Source: an uncultured Candidatus Saccharibacteria bacterium (GTDB taxonomy: Bacteria > Patescibacteriota > Minisyncoccia > Phycocordibacterales > CAIZLB01). Taken from it: a stretch of 64,000 nucleotides of DNA. Shown here piece by piece: positions 29,881 through 39,378 of this stretch. Positions within the stretch are counted from its first letter, which is position 1. Every line of letters starts with the position of its first letter. Made by a program: the position numbers and the translations under genes. Location of the stretch: positions 87,681 to 151,680 of the forward strand of contig CAYVEK010000002.1 of the NCBI GenBank assembly GCA_964450605.1, written 5' to 3'. Under the pieces are notes generated by a model. The model worked only from the letters and a program-made list of their open reading frames with translations, had not been told where the DNA came from and searched no databases.

Positions 29881-30189
29881 ATGAAACTTGTTAAAATTCT
29901 CTTCGCCGTCCTGACCGCCGCCACCTTCAGCTCCTGCACCATCGAGGTGCAGAGCCGGGGAGGTTACAGCGGTGGCGGACCCGTGGTCCGCCCGCTGACC
30001 GGAAACCCCTACACCTATCAAGGCGGAGGGTACTACGGCCGGCCGGCCCCGACGGTCCGGCCCCAGACCCCCTACCGGCCCAATGGCCGGGCCTATCCGG
30101 AGGAAACCTCCGGATTTGTAGGGGTCCCGTGGACCCAGGCAGAAAAGAACGAAATGAGGTTCTCGACCTCAAAATGGGGTGGGTTGTAA
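29881..30189 (+). CDS. GC-rich Gly/Pro/Tyr-rich putative lipoprotein
   Basis: Lipobox-like FSS|C; promoter 29784-29811, terminator 30214-30258. Confidence 0.65.
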   Translation: MKLVKILFAVLTAATFSSCTIEVQSRGGYSGGGPVVRPLTGNPYTYQGGGYYGRPAPTVRPQTPYRPNGRAYPEETSGFVGVPWTQAEKNEMRFSTSKWGGL

Positions 30190-30272
30190 AACCCTGCCCC
30201 CCTATCTGCCAAAACCCCCGGACCACACTCACACTGTGGCACCCGGGGGTCTTTTTTTATATACACCAAAAC

Positions 30273-31190
30273 CTATATCTTCAAATATTTTCGTATCGCC
30301 AAGAAACTTGAAACTGCACCGAGACACGCACCAACAACTGCAAGGCTAAGTATGAGTAGTGGCAGATTGTCCTGATAGTAACTAAACAAGTTTACACCTG
30401 TACCAAGTTTTTCAGTCCACTCACCTGCCCAGTGTGATAATGGGAACAAGATAAGCACAGTAACTATCGCCGACACAACTCCATACAGTATGCCAACCGT
30501 CACAAATGGACCTCGTATATATGTCTCACTCGCTCCAACAAGTCGCATAACAGATATCTCTTCACGGAAGATATAGATAGCGAGTCGTATTGTGTTAAAC
30601 GTGATGAGTATAGAAACTATAGCAAAGAATATGACAAGAAGAACTCCAAGTTTGTTTGATGCAGTGATGATACGTGACAATGCGTCGATAGCCTGCTTGT
30701 TTTTTGTGTAGTTTATTTTATCAATGATATCACTGTCTCCACTTTCTTTTTGTTTTAAATACTCTACGATAGCATCATATTGTGAGGGATCTTTAGCTTT
30801 AATGTTCATACTTGCAGGAAGTGGATTTTCCCCGATCTCATTGAGAGCCTGGAGTGTAGCTTCTTCTTCCTGGTGTCGAGCTCGAAAACGATCATATGCA
30901 TCTTTTCGAGATATGTATTCTACTTCAGCAACTTCTGGTCTCTTTTGCACATCTTTGATGGATGCCAAGATCTGATCTTCGCTTGCTGTTTTTACAAAAT
31001 ACACATTTATATCAACTTTGCTTTTTATAGTTTCAAGGGTTGAAGAAAGTACAACTCCTGAAAATACAATCATTGATATAACAGTCAGAGTAACTGTCAT
31101 GATAAGAACAGATGCAAGAGAAACAGAACCATTTCTCCAAAAACTGATTGCTCCTGATTTTATAATTCGTTTAAGCTTTGTGAAAAACAT
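30273..31190 (-). CDS. ftsX: Cell division permease FtsX
   Basis: ENPLPAS, NTIRLAI..REEISVMRLVGA; follows ftsE. Confidence 0.93.
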   Translation of the reverse strand: MFFTKLKRIIKSGAISFWRNGSVSLASVLIMTVTLTVISMIVFSGVVLSSTLETIKSKVDINVYFVKTASEDQILASIKDVQKRPEVAEVEYISRKDAYDRFRARHQEEEATLQALNEIGENPLPASMNIKAKDPSQYDAIVEYLKQKESGDSDIIDKINYTKNKQAIDALSRIITASNKLGVLLVIFFAIVSILITFNTIRLAIYIFREEISVMRLVGASETYIRGPFVTVGILYGVVSAIVTVLILFPLSHWAGEWTEKLGTGVNLFSYYQDNLPLLILSLAVVGACLGAVSSFLAIRKYLKI

Positions 31191-31209
31191 ATAGTATTAA
31201 ATATTTGAT

Positions 31210-31890
31210 TTATAAAATATACTTACCTTCTGGACTATCGAGAACTACGCGGCCATCTTTCATAGTTATAACTCTTCGACCAAGATTATCTATCACACCA
31301 ACATTGTGTGTTGTAAGAATAATAGTTGTTCCAAGATCATTGATCTTTTTCAACAACTGAATAATCTCATATGTGTTTACTGGATCAAGATTTCCTGTAG
31401 GCTCATCAGCAATAATAAGATCTGGCTGATTAACGATCGCTCGAGCAATAGCAATACGCTGTCTCTCTCCTCCTGAAAGTTCATCAGGAAAGTTATGCGC
31501 TTTATGTTTAAGACCAACAAGCTCAAGTGCATGTGGTACATCTGACTCTATCTCTTCGTCAGGACGACCTGCTGCTTCCATGGCGAATGCTACATTTTCA
31601 TAGGCTGTTTTATCTGGCAACAAACGAAAATCCTGAAATACTGTTCCAACACGTCGACGATATTCATTTATCTGTCGCTTTTTAAGTTTGTGAATATTTA
31701 CCTCTTCAAAAGTCATCTCGCCCTCTGTAGGTATCTCTTCCGCAAGTATAAGTTTAAGAAGTGTAGTCTTTCCTGCACCTGAATGTCCGACAATAGACAC
31801 AAATTCTTTTGGTTTAATATGAATATTTATATCTTTAAGCGCTATATCACCTGTATGATACAGCTTAGTTACTTTATTGAACTTCAGCAT
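31210..31890 (-). CDS. ftsE: Cell division ATP-binding protein FtsE
   Basis: GHSGAGKT, VFQDFRLL, LSGGE, ADEPTGNLD. Confidence 0.93.
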   Translation of the reverse strand: MLKFNKVTKLYHTGDIALKDINIHIKPKEFVSIVGHSGAGKTTLLKLILAEEIPTEGEMTFEEVNIHKLKKRQINEYRRRVGTVFQDFRLLPDKTAYENVAFAMEAAGRPDEEIESDVPHALELVGLKHKAHNFPDELSGGERQRIAIARAIVNQPDLIIADEPTGNLDPVNTYEIIQLLKKINDLGTTIILTTHNVGVIDNLGRRVITMKDGRVVLDSPEGKYIL

Positions 31891-31898
31891 GGGTATTA

Positions 31899-32774
31899 TT
31901 ATAGCATGTTTCGCTCTGCGTCCAAGAATGCATCTATATCCCCATCAAGCACATCGTCAACAGAACTTGTTTCGTACTCAGTTCTATGATCTTTAACCAT
32001 CTTGTATGGATGAAGCACATATGAACGTATCTGATTTCCCCACTCTACACTCACCTGTGATGTGGTTGATAAACCTTTTTCTTTTGCTAAAGCATCTTCT
32101 TCTTGTTTCTTGAGCAACTTTGCCTGTATGATAGCTATAGCCTTTTCTTTGTTTTGACCTTGTGATCGCTCGGTTGTTACATGTACCGATATGCCTGTTG
32201 GTTTGTGAACTACACGTACCGCAGTTTCTCTTTTATTTACATTTTGTCCACCCGGACCTCCTGCTCGAGCAAATGATATATCCAAATCACTTTCTGGGAT
32301 CGAAGCATCTATTTTAAATTCTACTTTTGGTACCACTTCAACTAAAACAAATGAAGTATGCCTTTGACTCTTTGCATTAAATGGAGAAACACGCACCAGT
32401 CTATGAACTCCTGACTCGTGTTTAAGCCTACCATAAGAACCCCTACCCTTTATCTCAAACATTACTTGTTTATATCCACCTAAACTATTTTCATGGTCAT
32501 GCAAAAGCGTCAAACCCCAACCTTGTTTTTCTGCATATTTTCTATACATAGAAAAAAGCATACCTGCAAAATCTTCAGCATCATCACCTCCTGCGCCGGC
32601 TATGATAGTTATGATGGCATCCATCTGTGAATAGTCTTGAGCCAGTAGTTCTTGTTTAAGATCCTGAAGCTCTCGCATCATAAGTTTTGCTTTTTCAGCA
32701 TCAACCCAAAAATCCGGCTGAACCATAGCAACCTCTATTTCTTCTATACGTTTTTTTGTCAGAGCAAGTGACAT
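31899..32774 (-). CDS. prfB: Peptide chain release factor 2, shortened N-terminal domain
   Basis: SPF recognition motif (VRVSPF), [12 protein letters not shown]. Confidence 0.9.
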   Translation of the reverse strand: MSLALTKKRIEEIEVAMVQPDFWVDAEKAKLMMRELQDLKQELLAQDYSQMDAIITIIAGAGGDDAEDFAGMLFSMYRKYAEKQGWGLTLLHDHENSLGGYKQVMFEIKGRGSYGRLKHESGVHRLVRVSPFNAKSQRHTSFVLVEVVPKVEFKIDASIPESDLDISFARAGGPGGQNVNKRETAVRVVHKPTGISVHVTTERSQGQNKEKAIAIIQAKLLKKQEEDALAKEKGLSTTSQVSVEWGNQIRSYVLHPYKMVKDHRTEYETSSVDDVLDGDIDAFLDAERNML

Positions 32775-32797
32775 TGGTGTAAATATAGCACACTAGG

Positions 32798-32870
32798 AGC
32801 CAAAGGCGAGGATCGAACTCGCGACCTATGCGCTACGAGTGCATTGCTCTACCAACTGAGCTACTTTGGC
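32798..32870 (-). tRNA. tRNA-Thr(CGT)
   Basis: GCCAAAG...CTTTGGC acceptor, loop CT-CGT-AG, T arm GCGAG-TTCGATC-CTCGC. Confidence 0.9.
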
Positions 32871-32931
32871 GAAAACTTTCGTTTTTCAGAAAAAGTTCGG
32901 AATATTTTTCTGCTGAAAAATTTCCTCTGCC

Positions 32932-33040
32932 TCGGAGCCAAGCTCCTGCGGCAAGCCTTTTTCTTCAAAACTCAAGTTTTGATTATATATCTACTGTGAA
33001 AGACTGCATTTGCAGGAGCGAAGCTCCGAAATCGCAGTCT
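32932..33040. repeat. Inverted pair of REP-like mini-hairpins
   Basis: TCGGAGCCAAGCTCCTGC (32932-32949) and GCAGGAGCGAAGCTCCGA (33012-33029). Confidence 0.55.
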
Positions 33041-33056
33041 GAAGCATTGGATATAT

Positions 33057-33287
33057 TTATTTCATAAGTTCAGCCAACTTCTCTCGATGCTCTTTCATCA
33101 CTGCCATAGTTGCCTCCATCTGTCCTTTTCCCTTTTTCATCTCCTCCTGTATCTTGTCACCTATCTGTTTAAAAAACTCAGGATTCTTTTGAACCATAGC
33201 AATAATCTTTTCCTGTTGATCAGCAGGAACGTCTTTAAGTTGCCGTTTTAATAATTGTTTTGTTAGGAAATCTTTAAAAAATGCCAT
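33057..33287 (-). CDS. Small helical hypothetical protein
   Basis: MAFFKDFL...KNPEFF..I..EMKKGKGQMEA. Confidence 0.65.
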   Translation of the reverse strand: MAFFKDFLTKQLLKRQLKDVPADQQEKIIAMVQKNPEFFKQIGDKIQEEMKKGKGQMEATMAVMKEHREKLAELMK

Positions 33288-33294
33288 ATGAGAA

Positions 33295-34185
33295 CTACTG
33301 TACCAAAGACACACGAAGTTCTGCAACTGTACGCTCTGCCGCTTGTAGTGTTATAACTGCACGCTCTAGATCAGATGAGACTAGATAGTCTTCTGACTTT
33401 TTAAGGGCTGCCTTGGCTGTATCTACTAACTCTTTTTTATCGTCGGTAACTTTAAATGAATCTAGCTCTGTATATAAAGCTGATATCTTTTTCTTTACAG
33501 TCTCTGGCGTTGAAGATGCTATGTCATCTTCTGGTTCTATAGCTAGTTTAACAACTTCTTTCTTTTCAAGTTTAAGTCGTAGATCTGTTGCAGCAAGAAC
33601 TTCTTCAACAACAACTGGAGAAACTGTATATAGCTGATCAGCCTTTAGAGCAGTTTCTAGATCGAGAACTATCTCTTTTGCTTCGGTTATTTTATTTTCT
33701 TTAACAAGAGCAGCCACTCTGTTTCTAACCTCACGAGATCTGTTTGATAGCTGGGCAACAAGTATATCTTTTTTAGTCTCACTATCTGTAACAGCTTTTA
33801 GTGCATATATCTCTCGCTGAGCTTTGGATAGAGACATCTTTGCTTGAATACTTGATTCTGAACTTGCAACCTCTCCCGCCACTTGAGAAAAGTTTGTCCA
33901 GAATACATGTGAATAGTTTACAAAAATACCGAGAAGCACTATCGGCAATACATAAAACGCATATTGTAGTTTTGTTTTAAACAATATGTCGAAAGGATTC
34001 TGAATATTTACAAATGGAGATTTGACATTGTGCTTATATGCACCTGATTCTATATCTTGTGTGATACGAGCAAAGAGAGAGTTTTTTTCAGAAACAGACA
34101 AAGACGCAGACTTTTCAAGTCGTCGAGATACAGGATTTTTTAGATCCTTCAACATATTCTCAATGTTTGAATTATGCTTTGTCAT
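33295..34185 (-). CDS. Putative anti-sigma factor (single TM)
   Basis: Overlaps the end of the ECF sigma gene; short N-domain, TM, helical C-terminus. Confidence 0.5.
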   Translation of the reverse strand: MTKHNSNIENMLKDLKNPVSRRLEKSASLSVSEKNSLFARITQDIESGAYKHNVKSPFVNIQNPFDILFKTKLQYAFYVLPIVLLGIFVNYSHVFWTNFSQVAGEVASSESSIQAKMSLSKAQREIYALKAVTDSETKKDILVAQLSNRSREVRNRVAALVKENKITEAKEIVLDLETALKADQLYTVSPVVVEEVLAATDLRLKLEKKEVVKLAIEPEDDIASSTPETVKKKISALYTELDSFKVTDDKKELVDTAKAALKKSEDYLVSSDLERAVITLQAAERTVAELRVSLVQ

Positions 34186-34780
34186 ATTTTTTCTTTAGAG
34201 TTTCAATAATACGATGAATCTGTACTGAGATAGTGTTTTCACGTTCACCAAGTGCTTGAGCTATATCAGATACGGACATATCTTCGATATATCTCATATA
34301 CAATAGCTCCTGCTGTTTTGGTTTAAGTTCTTTGATCTTGCCCAAAAGATGTTTGTGATCTAAACCTACCTCTACTGCCTCAAAGGCCTCATCATCATAA
34401 TCTATCTCGAAACCTTCATCGATAAGTGCGTCTAGTGAATGGTTTTTCTTTGATCGATAATGATCTATGATGGCGTTTCGAACAGATCTGAAAAGGAAAG
34501 CTCTGTGATTTAACCCTTGAGAGTGCTCAGACTCTGAGTCTCTCACCTTTTTAAGGTGACCAAAATAGTTCACAAACACATCTTGAACAACGTCAGTTGC
34601 TTTATCTCTGTCAGTAAGACGGAAAAAAGCAAACTTTATCAACGCGTCAACATGTTCTCTGTACAATTGTTCAAAGTACTGATAAAACTCCGTTTCTGAA
34701 ATAGATCGTATATCGTGAGCTGTTGTCACCTGTGTGTGCGAGTCTGACATATGCTTTTGTATATACTGATCGTCCTTCAT
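34172..34780 (-). CDS. ECF-type RNA polymerase sigma factor
   Basis: DVVQDVF, FLFRSVRNAIIDHYR, region 4 HTH. Confidence 0.88.
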   Translation of the reverse strand: MKDDQYIQKHMSDSHTQVTTAHDIRSISETEFYQYFEQLYREHVDALIKFAFFRLTDRDKATDVVQDVFVNYFGHLKKVRDSESEHSQGLNHRAFLFRSVRNAIIDHYRSKKNHSLDALIDEGFEIDYDDEAFEAVEVGLDHKHLLGKIKELKPKQQELLYMRYIEDMSVSDIAQALGERENTISVQIHRIIETLKKKYDKA

Positions 34781-34854
34781 ATAAGATAACGTAATAAATG
34801 TATATATATTACAAGTATTCAGGCCTAAAAAAAGCCTTTATTTATAAGATGAAA

Positions 34855-35319
34855 TTAGAGGACTTCTGGACCCTGCAATCGCAAATCCATCAGTACAAAT
34901 TCTTGGTTTAAATAATAATTTGGAAGCACCGCACGTATCTTGAAACCAAACTTCTCATAGAACGGCCTAGCCTTCCAATGCATACCTGTTTCAAGCTTTA
35001 TAACATGGCACTCTTTCTCTCGGGCAGAATCGATAAGATGTTGAACCAAAAGTTTACCCACACCCTTACCCCGCTCGCTCTGTTTTACTATAACAGCATC
35101 TATGGAAGCAACGCCGGTGTTAGTCTCCATAACAGCATAGCCTATAATGGCTTGATTTTCATCTCGAGCAACGTATACAGCCTTTCGCTTTGGGTATTCT
35201 TTTGTAACTTCGCCTACATGATCTCCATCAGACAAAGACCACTCGGTAGAGTTGAACTCGTCGAGTACGTCTGGATGTTTTTTGAGATCAAATTCACGAA
35301 TACTTATCTCTTTATGCAT
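34855..35319 (-). CDS. GNAT family N-acetyltransferase
   Basis: ERGKGVGKLL, ARPFYEKFGF. Confidence 0.88.
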   Translation of the reverse strand: MHKEISIREFDLKKHPDVLDEFNSTEWSLSDGDHVGEVTKEYPKRKAVYVARDENQAIIGYAVMETNTGVASIDAVIVKQSERGKGVGKLLVQHLIDSAREKECHVIKLETGMHWKARPFYEKFGFKIRAVLPNYYLNQEFVLMDLRLQGPEVL

Positions 35320-35413
35320 AACGTCTTATAGTATAGCACACATAAGGGTTTTTGGCTTTAATAGCTTTTTATAATTAAGAGTGTTACATTTTCTACGAAC
35401 ACAGACCTTTACA

Positions 35414-36067
35414 ATGAAATACCGTAACCCTGTTAAATGGTCTGTAACTCACTATATCAGACCTAAAAACAAAAAAGTGAGGAAATCAGAGCCTCAAAAG
35501 ACTCCGAAACGAAGTGTTTTTGTGAAATTTCTCAACAGTCTTCAAAATCGTGGACCCCTTCATGCAGTTCGCGGACCTGTATGGGAAAAATTCACAGCAG
35601 AGGTCAGACAAGGAATGGAGGAAGCGGGAACTTGGCCACAAGGTACGCAAGATGCCACGCCTCAAATAATCGCCGAGTATGTGAGTCGACTACAAAAAGC
35701 TTTTTGGGACGATATAGATTTCGACAAATGGACAAATCATCGTAAAACCCAGGATTTATTTTCTGGAAAAAAACATGAACACATCCTCGAACGCCGTCGA
35801 GTCTTTCGTTGGGTTTACGAGAAAATTCGCAGATGGGGTATGCGTCACCAATATGCATACTTGCTCGATAAGTGGTTTTCTCACCACATTCCTGGAACCA
35901 TAGCCCAAACATGGGTACGTTGGGATTTTGACCCTCATGATCGCAGTCATATTTACAGAGTAAGCCGACAAGGCATATGCATCACGCCCTTTAAAGGGGT
36001 CATCTCTCCACCAATCAGTCGACGAGTAATACACCTCGATGTTTCTGAAAAATCCCGTGATTTCTAA
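35414..36067 (+). CDS. Hypothetical basic protein
   Basis: Counter-oriented ORF with own hairpin terminator at about 36070-36108. Confidence 0.55.
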   Translation: MKYRNPVKWSVTHYIRPKNKKVRKSEPQKTPKRSVFVKFLNSLQNRGPLHAVRGPVWEKFTAEVRQGMEEAGTWPQGTQDATPQIIAEYVSRLQKAFWDDIDFDKWTNHRKTQDLFSGKKHEHILERRRVFRWVYEKIRRWGMRHQYAYLLDKWFSHHIPGTIAQTWVRWDFDPHDRSHIYRVSRQGICITPFKGVISPPISRRVIHLDVSEKSRDF

Positions 36068-36111
36068 CGAACCCTTTCGTCTTCTGGACGGAGGGGTGTA
36101 TTTTTTTATGT

Positions 36112-38484
36112 TTAGCCCTTAACCACAAAACTCACAATCTTGTTTTTGATATAGATAGTTTTAACAATCTCCTTGCCGTCAAGATGACTTGCGACTATCT
36201 TATGAGCTCTGTCGAGTACTGATTTTTCTTCTTCACCCTCTTCTATCTCTATCTCACCTCGCAATTTTCCATTTACCTGAATACCAACAACTACAGTGTC
36301 CGCCAATATCTTTTTCATATCAACTTTTGGCCAATCACTTAGATGAATAGATTTTTTATTTCCAAACTTAGTCCACAACTCTTCAGATATATGTGAAGCA
36401 AATGGGGCAATAAGTTTTAAGAATGTTTCAAAATCTTTTTGCGGAACACTCTCACATGTTTCTAATTCATTTAACAAAATCATGAGTGATGATACTGCAG
36501 TATTGAAACAAAATGTATCGATATCCTCTGTAACTTTTTTAATAGTTTTATGTATATGTGATACGATCTTAGGATCAAGTTTTGTTTTATTTTTACTATC
36601 AACTTTTTCAGCAAGTCGCCATACACGATCAACAAAACGCCGTGTTCCGATAATACTGTCAGTACTCCAAGGCAATGAAGAATCAAATGGACCAATAAAC
36701 ATCTCGTACAATCTAAACGCATCGGCTCCGTATGTGTTTATACAATCATCAGGATTAACTACATTTCCCCATCGCTTACTCATCTTACGATTGTCAGAGG
36801 CTAGTATCATGCCTTGATTTTTCAAAACCTTAAACGGTTCATCAGTTGGAACAAGCCCCAGGTCATACAAAAACTTATGCCAAAATCGTGAATACAGCAA
36901 ATGCCCAGTTGCGTGTTCTGCACCACCTACATACACATCAACATCTCTCCATAGTTCTACCGCTTTTTTACTTGCGAACGCTGATTTATTTTTAGGATCC
37001 ATGTATCGCAAGAAGTACCAAGAAGAGCCTGCCCATCCTGGCATAGTATTTGTTTCGTACCCAGCTTTCATCCAAGATGAAATAGCAGCGAGTGGAGACT
37101 CTCCTGTTCCTGTCGGTTCATATGAAGTTACTTTTGGTAGATTTAATGGAAGCTCTGATGTTTTAAGAGGTACAACAACTCCATCTTTATCATGCTTTAT
37201 AGGCACAGGTTCGCCCCAATATCGCTGTCGAGCGAAAACTGCGTCACGCATTTTGTACTGAAATGTTTTTTGAGCACCTATACGTTTTGCTACCTGTTCA
37301 GCATCTTCCAAAATAACAGTCTTTATATCTATATTGTATTTTTGAGCAAATTCTTTATCTCTATCATCCTCATCTGGCACACCCATAACTGCACCTGTTC
37401 CATACCCTGATAAAACATAGTTTGCTACATATATGGGAATATGTTTTTTTGTATCAGGATGAATGGCTGATACACCTTCAACCAGAATACCAATTTTTTC
37501 TTTTAAATCCTGCTCATTATTTGACCAATGTTTTGACTGTTCAGCATAGTCACTTGCTATAGGATGATCTCTGGCAATAACCATAAAAGTAATTCCTGAC
37601 AGTGTATCAAGTCTTGTCGTGTATGCTTCTAGAGAATCCACCCCATTAACCGGAGTACTTAATCTGAACACAACTTTGTGACCTTGACTCTTTCCTATCC
37701 AATTTCGCTGAATTGTTTTTATGTGCTCACTCCAGCCTAGCTTATCCAAACCAGAAAGCAATCGATCAGCATATGCTGAGATGCGCATAAACCACTGACG
37801 CATCAGCTTTTTTTCAACTGGAAAACCTCCTCGCTCACTTTTACCGTCTATAATCTCATCGTTGGCAAGCACCGTACCAAGTCCTGGACACCAGTTTACT
37901 TCACTGTAGCCCTCATAAGCCAAGCGATATTTCATCAACTCTTTTTCTTTTTCAATCTTTGTTAGTTTTTTCCACTCTTTTGTTTTTTCTAGCTTTGCAA
38001 TCAACTCTTTGATCGGCCGAGCTTTGTTTTTCTTTTCATCATAATATGAATTATATAGCTGTAAGAAAATCCACTGTGTCCATTTATAATATTCTGGATC
38101 AGTCGTGTTTACTCGTCGAGACCAGTCATATGAAAGACCGATGATAGATAACTGTTTTTCAAACGTTTTAACATTTACCTCCACCGCTTTTCGCGGATGA
38201 ACTTTATGTTCAATAGCATATTGCTCCGCTGGAAGACCGAATGCATCATATCCCATAGGGTGTAATACGTTATACCCTTGCATACGCTTCATACGAGCAT
38301 ACACATCACTTCCTATATATCCACGAGGATGTCCTACATGCAAACCTGCCCCAGATGGGTACGGGAACATGTCGAGAACATACATTTTTTTCTTCTTTTT
38401 ATCCTGAGCTGTTTTATATGTTTGTTTTTTATTCCACTCCTTCTGCCACTTAGCGTCTGTTTTTTTATGATCGTAAAATTTCAT
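36112..38484 (-). CDS. leuS: Leucine--tRNA ligase
   Basis: MFPYPSGAGLHVGH, RQRYWGEP, KMSKRWGN. Confidence 0.96.
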   Translation of the reverse strand: MKFYDHKKTDAKWQKEWNKKQTYKTAQDKKKKKMYVLDMFPYPSGAGLHVGHPRGYIGSDVYARMKRMQGYNVLHPMGYDAFGLPAEQYAIEHKVHPRKAVEVNVKTFEKQLSIIGLSYDWSRRVNTTDPEYYKWTQWIFLQLYNSYYDEKKNKARPIKELIAKLEKTKEWKKLTKIEKEKELMKYRLAYEGYSEVNWCPGLGTVLANDEIIDGKSERGGFPVEKKLMRQWFMRISAYADRLLSGLDKLGWSEHIKTIQRNWIGKSQGHKVVFRLSTPVNGVDSLEAYTTRLDTLSGITFMVIARDHPIASDYAEQSKHWSNNEQDLKEKIGILVEGVSAIHPDTKKHIPIYVANYVLSGYGTGAVMGVPDEDDRDKEFAQKYNIDIKTVILEDAEQVAKRIGAQKTFQYKMRDAVFARQRYWGEPVPIKHDKDGVVVPLKTSELPLNLPKVTSYEPTGTGESPLAAISSWMKAGYETNTMPGWAGSSWYFLRYMDPKNKSAFASKKAVELWRDVDVYVGGAEHATGHLLYSRFWHKFLYDLGLVPTDEPFKVLKNQGMILASDNRKMSKRWGNVVNPDDCINTYGADAFRLYEMFIGPFDSSLPWSTDSIIGTRRFVDRVWRLAEKVDSKNKTKLDPKIVSHIHKTIKKVTEDIDTFCFNTAVSSLMILLNELETCESVPQKDFETFLKLIAPFASHISEELWTKFGNKKSIHLSDWPKVDMKKILADTVVVGIQVNGKLRGEIEIEEGEEEKSVLDRAHKIVASHLDGKEIVKTIYIKNKIVSFVVKG

Positions 38485-38685
38485 ACGGTTTATTATATCA
38501 ATAGATTAGTAAATAACATGTCGAGTACGGGTGAGAAGGTTATACAAAACCAGCCCCACCCTATCTAAGGGCAAGGTTGAGAACAAGGTATAGGTTTTTC
38601 GATAGTATCTGCTTTGGACTAACCATATATATTTGAACTATATACTTGTTTGCCCTTTTAGGCAAATTATGATATGGTTCTTTGT

Positions 38686-38928
38686 ATGTCATTAAACGTA
38701 CAAATCAGTAAAAACCAAGGTGAGTCACCATCATCTGTACTTCGACGATTTACAAAGAAAGTGCAGGAGTGGGGTGGTCTAAACAAAGTTCGAGAGAAAA
38801 GATATTCTGAGCGAGCTATGTCACACTACAAAACAAAGCAATCAACATTGAAAAAGCTTAAAAAGAACGCAGAGCGAATGGCCGAAATTAAGCTTGGAAA
38901 GTTTTTCAATACACAAAAGTCTCGATAA
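38686..38928 (+). CDS. rpsU: 30S ribosomal protein bS21
   Basis: GES..SVLRRFTKKVQ..G...RY pattern. Confidence 0.75.
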   Translation: MSLNVQISKNQGESPSSVLRRFTKKVQEWGGLNKVREKRYSERAMSHYKTKQSTLKKLKKNAERMAEIKLGKFFNTQKSR

Positions 38929-38937
38929 ACTTATCTC

Positions 38938-39375
38938 ATGCGTGTACTTGTTGATACAGATACATTATTGGCTACGTACACAACAAAAAAAGCACCTGTA
39001 CTATCTGGTGCTTTTTTGTTATCTATAAAAGAAACTATCTTAGGAAAAGAGTATGATCTATCTGTAAGTTTTGTTGGACCAACAACAATGCGCCGGATAA
39101 ATAAAACAAATAGAAACATAGATAAGGCAACAGATACTCTTTCATTCCCTATCGAACTTGGAGTCAAAGGTTCTGGAGAGCTATATATATGTATGGACAA
39201 GATTATTTCAAAATCAAAAAAGTTTGAATTAACTCCCAAAAAATATCTCGAATACGTTCTTGTGCACAGCATGGTTCATCTACTTGGATACGATCACGGT
39301 GATAAGATGGATGCTGTGGAGAAAAAGCATTGTCAAAAACTTCACATAAACTATCCTTACAGGTATACTGAATAG
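38938..39375 (+). CDS. ybeY: rRNA maturation RNase YbeY
   Basis: TDTLSF, HSMVHLLGYDH. Confidence 0.9.
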   Translation: MRVLVDTDTLLATYTTKKAPVLSGAFLLSIKETILGKEYDLSVSFVGPTTMRRINKTNRNIDKATDTLSFPIELGVKGSGELYICMDKIISKSKKFELTPKKYLEYVLVHSMVHLLGYDHGDKMDAVEKKHCQKLHINYPYRYTE

Positions 39376-39378
39376 TAT

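Noticed and set aside
38515-38605. Possible structured RNA between leuS and rpsU
   Set aside because: Only short weak helices; no T-box or other recognisable motif
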